From Octopus sinensis (Eukaryota): a stretch of DNA of 64,000 bases. Of the stretch, positions 13,077 through 25,209 are shown in pieces. A program made the translations under genes and the position numbers. Position 1 is the first letter of the stretch, and every line of letters starts with the position of its first letter. The stretch is from assembly GCF_006345805.1 (NCBI RefSeq), contig NC_043006.1, positions 60,450,001-60,514,000 on the forward strand, given 5' to 3'. A model generated the notes under the pieces. That model did not search any database, was not told where the DNA came from, and saw only the letters and a program-made list of their open reading frames with translations.

Positions 13077-13609
13077 TATGCCACCTATGGGTGCATATCT
13101 CTGTGAATATGTCTTCGTCTTCGTCTTTGTTCCTTCCACCACAGCTACAAATACACCGAATTACGAATTATTAGCTGTTGATCGCAATTTCTGACAGGTG
13201 TCACAGTGATTAATTGCAAGAGTTAAGTATTTTTTTTGTTTCGAACTCAGAAGCCCATAACCGAAACAAATATTGCCAAGTATCCAAGTATTCCATCTCA
13301 CAGCTTGAGAATTTAGCCCCATCACCACACGCACCTTAGCTGTTACTGACTTTATCAACCTCGAATGAATGAAAGGCAAAGTTGACCTCAATTGGATTTG
13401 AACTTAGAGTAGGAACAAATATAGTAAGGGCTAATACTCAATACCTCAATGACTCTGTCAATCGGCTGATCTCTCTTTATCTCTTTCTTGGGGCACGTAT
13501 ACGAACAACATTGAAAAACAGAGTTATATAAAATACCAACGTAATGAAGGAGCCTGCTGTAGCTGCCTTTTTTCCGACTGTCCTATTACCCCTAGACTAT
13601 AAGATTGTT

Positions 13610-14196
13610 CTTATTTCTTTACTGCTCACGAGGAGCTAAACATGGAGGAGACAAACGGATTAAGTCGATTATATCGACCCCAGTGCGTAGCTGGAACTTA
13701 TTTAATCGACACCAAAAGGATGAAAGGCAAAGTCGACCCCGGCGGAATTTGACCTCAGAACGTAACGGCAGACGAAATACTTATTTTTTACTCCCCACAA
13801 GGGGCTACACAAAGAGGGGACAAACAAGGACAGACAAAGGGTTTAAGTCGATTACATCGACCCCAATGCGTAACTGGTACTTATATAATCGAACTCGAAA
13901 GGATGAAAGGCAAAGTTGACCTCGGCGGAATTTCAACTCAGACGTAGCGGCAGACGAGATACCTATTTCTTTATTACCCATAAGGGGCTAAACATAGAGG
14001 GGACAAACAAGGACATATATGGGTATTAAGTCGATTACATCGACCCCAGTGCGTAACTGGTACTTAATTCATCGACCCCGAAAGGATGAAAGGCAAAGTC
14101 GACCTCGGCGGAATTTGAACTCAGAACGTAGCGGCAGAGGAAATACCGCTAAGCTTTTCGCCCGGCGTGCTGTTGTTTCTGCCAGCTCGCCGCCTT
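13610..14196 (-). mobile_element. SINE family A, head-to-tail trimer (~180-bp units)
   Basis: Head GGCGGCGAGCTGGCAGAA on minus at ~14194; three units each containing AAGTCGATT...GAAAGGATGAAAGGCAAAGT. Confidence 0.85.
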
Positions 14197-14418
14197 ATTA
14201 ATGGCATGTCAACATTGGGGAAAATCTTGAATCTTGAGATCATCTCTCCTAATATGAGAATGTCACCAATTGCTCTTTGGTAATAATAACACATTTACTA
14301 GAGTCGGTATTAATTTTAATAATTCAAACTTGATGTTGTATGATATTTCATATACATGTATTTCCTTATGTTACACGTGTATGGCAGTTGACACTAAGTT
14401 ATTTCTCTTATCTCAATT

Positions 14419-14560
14419 TTGTAGTAAAGATTGTTTGCCAACATAACATGGCAGTCCTGGTTTAGGACGAATGTTACTGTAATTTAGCCCCAGGAGCCAT
14501 CGTCTCCAGCTGGCTAAACCAAGACTGCCATGTTATGTTGGCAAACAATGTTTGCTACAA
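14419..14560. repeat. Inverted repeat, ~47-bp arms and 48-nt loop (MITE-like hairpin)
   Basis: 14430-14465 is the reverse complement of 14514-14549 with 1 mismatch; extends outward with 2 more. Confidence 0.85.
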
Positions 14561-14744
14561 AGTACTGTCGCTGAATATCTCACGTTGTGAGATTTAAAAA
14601 TAGTAATTTTCCATCTCATTCTTGTTTAATTTATGCAAACTATTTTATTTTGAAATGAGTTCTAATCTTTTTGTATTAGTTTATTAGCTACTGGAAATAA
14701 GGTAGGACAATTGTCATGCTGATGACCTGTACTGAGGTATAAAA

Positions 14745-15263
14745 ACGGTGCAACAGCCTCCTACTATAACGGAGTCCTAGATGCTAGCGGATTTAGGGAC
14801 CGCATCTCCTACATGCCAGGCCCCAACATCCGTAGAAGGAAGCGTCAGAGAAATATCATTTGGTTTGTCCCCATTTCTCTCTTAACGTAAAAACTTCTGT
14901 ATGTACAATATTCCTTAAGTTAATAGATAAACATTTCACTAGCACCAAAACCACCAACACAAACAACGCTGGCACCAACAGCCCCACTCCCGACAACAGC
15001 AGCAGCAGCGGCGACGCCAACTCTGACAGACACACCATCGCCTATAGCCGGCCATAGAGATACTTCACCTGTCCCGGGAATTCGTTCAAACAACGCCTCT
15101 CCAGCCACAGATCCTCCTTCAGGATAACGGAAAAGGAGATTCATCACGTCATTGGCCAGCAACTTGCGGCAGCTAATAGACGACAGCATTCCATACATTC
15201 CATGATGATGGAGAATCCTAGAGAATCCAGACCCCTACATTATCGAGACCAACCGCTGCAATG
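14745..15263 (+). pseudogene. Older, internally deleted PLE copy (RT thumb plus GIY-YIG C-terminus)
   Basis: YYNGVLDASGFRDRISYM, RRKRQRNIIWF, NVKTSVCTIFLKLIDKHF and TSLASNLRQL...WRILENPDPYIIETNRCN parallel the 18458-19772 ORF. Confidence 0.75.
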
Positions 15264-15729
15264 TCAGTTTCGACCTCCCCCTGGCTTGCGAAATTTATGT
15301 CCCCCAAATGATTCTGTAAAATAGTAGTCTACGTCCCCCAAATGAACAGGCGAGGATCGGAAGGGATTCTCTCGACCCAGGGAACATCCTGAACAATAGA
15401 AAGGCGGTCTTCGCACCGTGCTTGCGCTTCAAGAAATTCCTGCTAGCCTATTGGAACTCACAAGATACCAGGGCCACCGTCTATCGACTGCTAAAGGAAC
15501 ACAACTCCTTTGTTGACATCAGCAATCGATAGCCAAGGGAAGATAATCCCCTTTGTTGACATTGAATAAGGGGCTCCTTTCCTCGTCCATATTCTAGAGG
15601 GGCCACTCTCCCGAGAGACCTTTAGCCAGCAGTGTTTTAGGATTTGATGTCATGCCAAAAAGCCACACCTTTTATGGATGTGAAACCTAAGGTAATCCCA
15701 TAATCCGGCCTTATCTAATTTTATTATAT

Positions 15730-15762
<33 letters not shown>

Positions 15763-15825
15763 GAATGTATATATATATATATATACATACATACATAACA
15801 TACATACACACACACACACTCACAT

Positions 15826-15868
<43 letters not shown>

Positions 15869-15870
<2 letters not shown>

Positions 15871-16539
15871 TAATTTATTATATAGAAGGAGCTTCTAACA
15901 GGACTAGAACTGTTTCATTCAAGAGAAATCTTCAGGAAGCTAGTTAACAAGAATTGTATTGGCATTTATACATTTAGGCAGGTTTAAAGGGGTGTTGGTG
16001 GGGGACTTTTTGGGGGTAGGCATAGCGCAAAATATCATACTTGGGGGAGTGGTCAAGGAGTCAGTGTTAAATTGGATAGAAGAATAAATAAAAAAATAAA
16101 AAAAATATATAAAAAAATATATAAAAAATATATATAAAAAAAGGGAATAGAGTTTTAGTAAATAAGGAGATTCTCACTTATACTATGCACATATGTATAC
16201 ATATATACAACACACATACAAACTATATACATATACATACACACATACGTACACACACACATATATACATATATATACACTTACACATACATATACATAT
16301 CTACACATACACATATATGTATACATACACACACTCACATGCATACACGTATACACACATGTATATATACACACACGACCACACATACATATACACACAG
16401 AAAAATATATATACACATACACACACATACTCACATACACGCATACACACACATATCCACACACACATATGCACACACAGCACACTAGTCCCTATATACA
16501 CATATATACACATACACACACATATACACACACATACAT

Positions 16540-16581
<42 letters not shown>

Positions 16582-17046
16582 GTGTACCTATGCATACCTA
16601 CACATACACACATATATATACACATACAAATACAGACCCATTCCCTAATTTTAATTTTATTATCTTCATTTATTACTTTTGTTATCTTTGATCGCTGGTC
16701 ACAAACATCTTGGCTATGACAGCCAGTCCATTTATCTGTCTACTGGAAAACAAGCACTCATTTACTCACGCACACTCTTTAGCACGTACACTCACCCATT
16801 CGCACACTCATACACATACACGCACGCACGCGTTATATTCATACATACATACATCTACATACATTCACGTATATACACATACGTACGCGTACCTACAGAT
16901 TCATGTCTACACTCTTAGAAGGCTAGTCTATACATATACACCAATAAATATAAATACACACACATACATATACACCTACATACAAATACATACATATATA
17001 TATAATATATACATATATATACATATTCACATATATATACATACAC

Positions 17047-17097
<51 letters not shown>

Positions 17098-17340
17098 CAT
17101 ACATATACATATATACATATATACACATACACATACATACACACACATACACACATACATACATATACACATACACATACATACGTATACATACATACAT
17201 ACATCCATACATCCATACATACATACATTTATACACATACACACACCCACACGTATACGTATACGTACATATATATACGCGCATGCATGCACATACAAAT
17301 ACATACACATACGCATATACATATACATACATACACATAT

Positions 17341-17371
<31 letters not shown>

Positions 17372-17680
17372 CATACACACACATACATATACATACATAC
17401 ATATACAAATATACGCACACACATACATACTCATATACACATACACGCACATACACATGTACATGCGTACCCATACACACACACACACACGCGCATCCAT
17501 ATATACACATAAGTACACACATGCGTAAAAGTATACATATATCTATGCTTACACATACACACACACACACGTGCCTCCTTATATTCATACTTACATGCAT
17601 ACTCAAAAAATAAATAATAAATATTAAGTATATGTACGTGCAGTTACCTATTATACAGACGGATACATACATATAAACTT

Positions 17681-17747
<67 letters not shown>

Positions 17748-17970
17748 CACACATATATACACATACACATATACACATATATATACACACACATATACAC
17801 ATATATATATATATATACATACTTACACACATGTACAAATACATACACACATAGATAACTCTACGTACCTACATATACATAAACACACGAGCGTACACGT
17901 ATATGTACATATACACATACACATACACACGCATATATATACATACATACATACACATACACACATATAT

Positions 17971-18059
<89 letters not shown>

Positions 18060-18290
18060 TATACATGTGTGCAAACATACATACATACTCATACACGCAC
18101 ACACACTTACATATACATATATACACACACTTACACACATATATATACATACACATATACATACATACATACATATATGCATACATACACACACACATAT
18201 ATATATATACATACATACACATACACATACCTATACATATATATACACACATATATACACATGCACATACTTATATCTCTACATACTCGC

Positions 18291-18333
<43 letters not shown>

Positions 18334-18457
18334 TACATATACCTATATACATGTATATATACACACACATATATATACGCATCTACAGTTTGTATCTACA
18401 CTCACATACATGCACATACACATAACTCTACATACCTACATATACATCGACATACTC
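15869..18457 (-). repeat. Left arm of ~2.5-kb inverted repeat (mirror of 20570-23103); includes HHR copy 15890-15941
   Basis: Unique anchors mirror across the arms: ~15960-16080/22880-23030, ~16690-16760/22190-22262, ~17580-17660/21310-21410, ~18380-18457/20570-20650. Confidence 0.92.
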
Positions 18458-19772
18458 TCCACCATCACCGAGGCCGAGCAAGATGTGATCCTCCACGCAC
18501 GTAAGACTTTTCTTTTCTATGACGGATCCCACTGGATCAACAAAAAATCTGTGACCCCCTTCGACGTCAGCATGGGTGCTAACGACTCTGCTGAAATAAG
18601 TTACCTAGTGGGCCTTTTCATCCTCCATAGGCTGAAAACCCTATTCACAGGCCTCTCCGGTGGTCTTTACCGCGATGACGGCCTTTTCGCCCTCCACAAA
18701 ATAAACCCCAGGACCACGGATGGGTTCCGGAAAAAATCTTACACCTTCTTTAAAAACTTAGGCCTTAGGATTACCTTAGAACCCAACTTAACAAAAGCTA
18801 ACTTCCTTGATGTCACCCTCGACTTAAAAACCTCACTTATTACCCGTACCACAAACCAAATGAATCCCTTAGATATATAGATATTAATTCCAACCACCCC
18901 AAAAATATATTAGATAACCTAGTAAAAAGTGTCTCAATTAGAATTTCTAGCCTGTCCGCCACGGAAGATATCTTTGAGGCCGCAGCCCCCTATTACAACG
19001 AGGCCCTGGCCCGCAGTGGCTTTAAAGATAAGATTACCTATACTAGTATAGCCCCACGCCAACCCAGGAAAAATAGACGAAGACACATTTTGCTGGTACA
19101 ACCCCCCCCTTCAACCGTGAGGTCGCTACACCTGTAGCTAAAATCTTCTTCACTCTCCTACAGAAACACTTCCCCACCCAACATAAGTACTACACTATCC
19201 TAAATAAGAACACTATTAGACTCTCCTACTCTACCACGCCCAATCTAGCCAGGAACCTAGCCAACAACAATGTGAAAAAACTTAACATATCTACTTTTTC
19301 CGAGGCCCATCCAACGTCCGATAGCAATTGCAACTGCCCTGATAAAACCACCTGCCCCCTCAACAACAACTGCCTACAGAGGGACCTAGTATATACATGC
19401 GAGGTAAGATCAGGCCCTGACGATAAAAGAAAATCCTACATCGGAATGACGTCAAACAGCTTTAAGACCCGTTGGTACGCACACACACACTCGTTCCGGC
19501 GACAGGATAAATCCAACCAAACTACCCTCGCCGCCCACATCTGGTACCTTAAAAGGAACTCCATCCCCTTCAAGACCAAGTGGAAACTACTACAGAAGGC
19601 GCGCTCGTACACAGGAGGCCATACCTGCTGTGACCTCTGCATATCGGAGAGCCTAGAGATCTTGTTCGCCAAAGGCCCTCTCCTTAACAAAATCTCAGAA
19701 CACTCCCCAAATTGCATGCATAAGAAGTATGCGAACTACAAGAACTATAGACCTACCCGGCAACCAGATTGA
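18458..19772 (+). mobile_element. Penelope-like retroelement ORF, 5'-truncated: RT C-half, Cys linker, C-terminal GIY-YIG endonuclease
   Basis: [66 protein letters not shown]...YIGMTSNSFKTRW, CDLCISE. Two apparent frameshifts (~18835, ~19090); stop at 19772. Confidence 0.95.
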
Positions 19773-19959
19773 TGACACCCCACCCACAAAACCCCCCCAA
19801 TCCCACCGTTCCCCTAGCACCCCCGATTACCTTTTCTCCTAAGACCTTTCAAATATTGTATGTGCACGCTTGTATATGTGTATCGTATATATGTATAGAA
19901 ATGTATGGGTATAGTAGGAATATACGCATGTATTATGTGTGTGTGTGTGTGTATGTATG

Positions 19960-19998
<39 letters not shown>

Positions 19999-20120
19999 GC
20001 GTGTGTGTGTGTGTGTATATATATGTATATATGTATATATGTATATGTGTATATATGTGTGTATGCATATGTATGTGTATATGTATGTGTGTATGTATGT
20101 GTATGTATAAAATATTATAT

Positions 20121-20323
20121 AATTAGGGCTTAGTAAAATAAATTACTTTGCCACACACTGAACTTTCTAGAAATAGCAGCCAAAAAAGTTTTTTAGCCTC
20201 TTCCACTACTTAGAGAATATTTTCCCTCAGACATTATTTACTCAAAAAAATAATGGTCCTTTTACATACTGAATACTTGGTGAAATTGATTAATAACTAA
20301 TTAACTTTACCCTCAATTGTTGA
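20121..20323. mobile_element. Short rearranged member of the 562-bp HHR-unit family (HHR absent)
   Basis: GGGCTTAGTAAAATAAATTACTTTG... and ATGGTCC...TACCCTCAATTGTTGA match two blocks of the 23611-24173 unit in opposite relative orientation. Confidence 0.75.
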
Positions 20324-20387
20324 TATATGTATGTGTGTGTATATATGTGTATGTATATGTATATGTACATGCATGTATGTGTGTATG

Positions 20388-20436
<49 letters not shown>

Positions 20437-20569
20437 GTGTGTATACATATATATATATATGTATATATGTATGTGTGTGTATATGTGTATTATGTATATA
20501 TTTATATATATATATGTATATGTATGTGTGTGTGTATATGTATATATGTGTATATATATGAGTGTACGC

Positions 20570-20961
20570 GAGTATGTCGATGTATATGTAGGTATGTAGA
20601 GTTATGTGTATGTGCATGTATGTGAGTGTAGATACAAACTGTAGATGCGTATATATATGTGTGTGTATATATACATGTATATAGGTATATGTATGTGTGT
20701 GTGTATATATATATATATATATGTATATGCGAGTATGTAGAGATATTAGTATGTGCATGTGTATATATGCGTGTATATATATATGTATAGGTATGTGTAT
20801 GTGTATGTATGTATATATATATGTGTGTGTGTATGTATGCATATATGTATGTATGTATGTATGTATATGTGTATGTATATATATGTGTGTAAGTGTGTGT
20901 ATATATGTATATGTAAGTGTGTGCGTGTATGAGTATGTATGTATGTTTGCACACATGTATA

Positions 20962-21018
<57 letters not shown>

Positions 21019-21223
21019 ATATATATGTATGTGTGTGTGTATATATGTGTGTATGTGTATATGTACATATACGTGTACGCTCGTGTGTTTATGTATATGT
21101 AGGTACGTAGAGTTATCTATGTGTATGTATTTGTACATGTGTGTAAGTATGTATATATATATATATATGTGTATATATGTGTGTATATATATGTATATGT
21201 GTATGTGTATATATATGTGTGTA

Positions 21224-21298
<75 letters not shown>

Positions 21299-21601
21299 AA
21301 GTTTATATGTATGTATCCGTCTATATAATAGGTAACTGCACGTACATATACTTAATATTTATTATTTATTTTTTGAGTATGCATGTAAGTATGAATATAA
21401 GGAGGCACGTGTGTGTGTGTGTATGTGTAAGCATAGATATATGTATACTTTTACGCATGTGTGTACTTATGTGTATATATGGATGCGCGCGTGTGTGTGT
21501 GTATGGGTACGCATGTACATGTGTATGTGCGTGTATGTGTATATGAGTATGTATGTGTGTGCGTATATTTGTATATGTATGTATGTATATGTATGTGTGT
21601 G

Positions 21602-21646
<45 letters not shown>

Positions 21647-21887
21647 ATATGTGTATGTATGTATATGCGTATGTGTATGTATTTGTATGTGCATGCATGC
21701 GCGTATATATATGTACGTATATGTATACGTGTGGGTGTGTGTATGTGTATAAATGTATGTATGTATGGATGTATGGATGTATGTATGTATGTATACGTAT
21801 GTATGTGTATGTGTGTATATGTATGTATGTGTATGTGTGTGTATATGTATGTGTATATATATGTATATATGTATATGTATGTATATG

Positions 21888-21918
<31 letters not shown>

Positions 21919-21941
21919 GTATGTATATATATGTGAATATG

Positions 21942-21974
<33 letters not shown>

Positions 21975-22367
21975 ATTTGTATGTATGTATGTGTGTATAT
22001 GTATTGTGTATTTATATTTATATATATATGTATAGAGCCTTCATGAATCTGTAGGTACGCGTACGTATGTGTATATACGTGAATGTATGTAGATGTATGT
22101 ATGTATGAATATAACGCGTGCGTGCGTGTATGTGTATGAGTGTGCGAATGAGTGAGTGTACGTGCTAAAGAGTGTGCGTGAGTAAATGAGTGCTTGTTTT
22201 CCAGTAGACAGATAAATGGACTGGCTGTCATAGCCAAGATGTTTGTGACCAGCGATCAAAGATAACAAAAGTAATAAATGAAGATAATAAAATTAAAATT
22301 AGGGAATGGGTCTGTATTTGTATGTGTATATATATATGTGTGTATGTGTAGGTATGCATAGGTACAC

Positions 22368-22419
<52 letters not shown>

Positions 22420-23103
22420 ATGTATGTGTGTGTATATGTGTGTGTATGTGTGTATATGTGTATATAGGGACTAGTGTGCTGTGTGTGCATATGTGTGTGT
22501 GGATATGTGTGTGTAGATATGTGTGTGTATGCGTGTATGTGAGTATGTGTGTGTATGTGTATATATATTTTTCTGTGTGTATATGTATGTGTGGTCGTGT
22601 GTGTATATATACATGTGTGTATACGTGTATGCATGTGAGTGTGTGTATGTATACATATATGTGTATGTGTAGATATGTATATGTATGTGTAAGTGTATAT
22701 ATATGTATATATGTGTGTGTGTACGTATGTGTGTATGTATATGTACATATGTTTGTATGTGTGTGTATATATGTATACATATGTGCATAGGTATAAGTGA
22801 GAATCTCCTTATTTACCTAAAACTCTATTCCCTTTTTTTATATATATTTTTATATATTTTTTTATATATTTTTTTATTTTTTTATTTATTCTTCTATCCA
22901 ATTTAACACTGACTCCTTGACCACTCCCCCAAGTATGATATTTTGCGCTATGCCTACCCCCCAAAAGTCCCCCACCAACACCCCTTTAAACCTGCCTAAA
23001 TGTATAAATGCCAATACAATTCTTGTTAACTAGCTTCCTGAAGATTTCTCTTGAATGAAACAGTTCTAGTCCTGTAGAAGCTCCTTCTATATAATAAATT
23101 AAT
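20570..23103 (+). repeat. Right arm of ~2.5-kb inverted repeat: TA/TG mosaic followed by C-rich pseudo-LTR-like end
   Basis: Reverse complement of 15869-18457 at all unique anchors checked. Confidence 0.92.
23032..23082 (+). ncRNA. Type I hammerhead ribozyme motif
   Basis: AGCTTC-CTGAAGA-t(TTC tctt GAA)t-GAAA-CAG ttctagtc CTG-TA-GAAGCT: 6-bp stem I, stem III ACAG/CTGT, predicted cleavage GUA after 23076. Confidence 0.8.
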
Positions 23104-23165
23104 TTTATTCTACTATGTATTGAGTACCTTATTTACTGTGGTTAACCCCGAATCAACCCGGGACC

Positions 23166-23212
<47 letters not shown>

Positions 23213-23220
<8 letters not shown>

Positions 23221-23586
23221 GGCTTAGTAAAATAAATTACTTTGGCACATACTGAACTCATTAGAAATAGCAGCTAAAAAAAATTTTTTTAAAAACTATT
23301 TCCAATACTTAAAGAAAATCTCTCTCATATAGTGCTTGCTCAAGTCAACTCACGAAGATATGGGGGTAAAGACATTAAAAAATCACAAATGCAAAGGTTA
23401 TTTGAGAACGTACGTTTCTAGATTAGTCAAATCGACATTTCTTTCGTCAGCTCAGAACTCCTTGATTCGGATTTGGGAACATTGAAAGCGGGAGCATACC
23501 CTTTTGGCTTCTTATCACTTCCGGAGTCCTGCTCCAACTACCAGTGCTATCAAATTCAAAATATGCAAGCGAAGAATTTCTGCTCT
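23213..23586 (-). repeat. Inverted partial copy of the 562-bp HHR unit (HHR at 23403-23454)
   Basis: Reverse complement of ~23615-23990 with a few substitutions. Confidence 0.92.
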
Positions 23587-23610
23587 TATTGGCTTCTTAT
23601 CACTTCCGGA

Positions 23611-25209
23611 GGGGAGAGCAGAAATTCTTCGCTTGCATATTTTGAATTTGATAGCACTGGTAGTTGGAGCAGGACTCCGGAAGTGATAAGAAGCCAAAAG
23701 GGTATGCTCCCGCTTTCAGTGTTCCCAAATCCGAATCAAGGAGTTCTGAGCTGACGAAAGAAATGTCGATTTGACTAATCTAGAAACGTACGTTCTCAAA
23801 TAACCTTTGCATTTGTGATTTTTTAATTTCTTTACCCCCATATCTTCGTGAGTTGACTTGAGCAAGCACTATATGAGAGAGATTTTCTTTAAGTATTGGA
23901 AATAGTTTAAAAAAAAATTTTTTTTAGCTGCTATTTCTAATGAGTTCAGTATGTGGCAAAGTAATTTATTTTACTAAGCCCTTTTATATAATGTAATAAT
24001 TTGAATTCGCCTTAAATGGTCCCTTTACATACTGAATACTTGGTAAAATTGATTAATAATTAATTAATTTTACCCTCAATTGTTGAAATTATAATTCATT
24101 TCTCTCTATTTAATGCTTCGGTTTTTACCGATAAAACATAGTGTTTACTAATTTTAACCCACGCTGGTGGAAAGGGGAGAGCAGAAATTCTTCGCTTGCA
24201 TATTTTGAATTTGATAGCACTGGTAGTTGGAGCAGGACTCCGGAAGTGATAAGAAGCCAAAAGGGTATGCTCCCGCTTTCAGTGTTCCCAAATCCGAATC
24301 AAGGAGTTCTGAGCTGACGAAAGAAATGTCGATTTGACTAATCTAGAAACGTACGTTCTCAAATAACCTTTGCATTTGTGATTTTTTAATGTCTTTACCC
24401 CCATATCTTCGTGAGTTGACTTGAGCAAGCACTATATGAGAGAGATTTTCTTTAAGTATTGGAAATAGTTTAAAAAAAATTTTTTTTAGCTGCTATTTCT
24501 AATGAGTTCAGTATGTGGCAAAGTAATTTATTTTACTAAGCCCTTTTATATAATGTAATAATTTGAATTCGCCTTAAATGGTCCCTTTACATACTGAATA
24601 CTTGGTAAAATTGATTAATAATTAATTAATTTTACCCTCAATTGTTGAAATTATAATTCATTTCTCTCTATTTAATGCTTCGGTTTTTACCGATAAAACA
24701 TAGTGTTTACTAATTTTAACCCACGCTGGTGGAAAGGGGAGAGCAGAAATTCTTCGCTTGCATATTTTGAATTTGATAGCACTGGTAGTTGGAGCAGGAC
24801 TCCGGAAGTGATAAGAAGCCAAAAGGGTATGCTCCCGCTTTCAGTGTTCCCAAATCCGAATCAAGGAGTTCTGAGCTGGCGAAAGAAATGTCGATTTGAC
24901 TAATCTAGAAACGTACGTTCTCAAATAACCTTTGCATTTGTGATTTTTTAATGTCTTTACCCCCATATCTTCGTGAGTTGACTTGAGCAAGCACTATATG
25001 AGAGAGATTTTCTTTAAGTATTGGAAATAGTTTAAAAAAAAATTTTTTTAGCTGCTATTTCTAATGAGTTCAGTATGTGGCAAAGTAATTTATTTTACTA
25101 AGCCCTTTTATATAATGTAATAATTTGAATTCGCCTTAAATGGTCCCTTTACATACTGAATACTTGGTAAAATTGATTAATAATTAATTAATTTTACCCT
25201 CAATTGTTG

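Noticed and set aside
14719-14750. CTGATGA followed by a short hairpin
   Set aside because: No GAAA core strand at the required position.
15765-22790. Dozens of long ORFs rich in Y/I/H/T/V/C/M
   Set aside because: Translations of (TA)n/(CA)n/(TG)n mosaics; the N-terminal ~185 aa of ORF 17903-18880 is the same artefact fused to real RT sequence.
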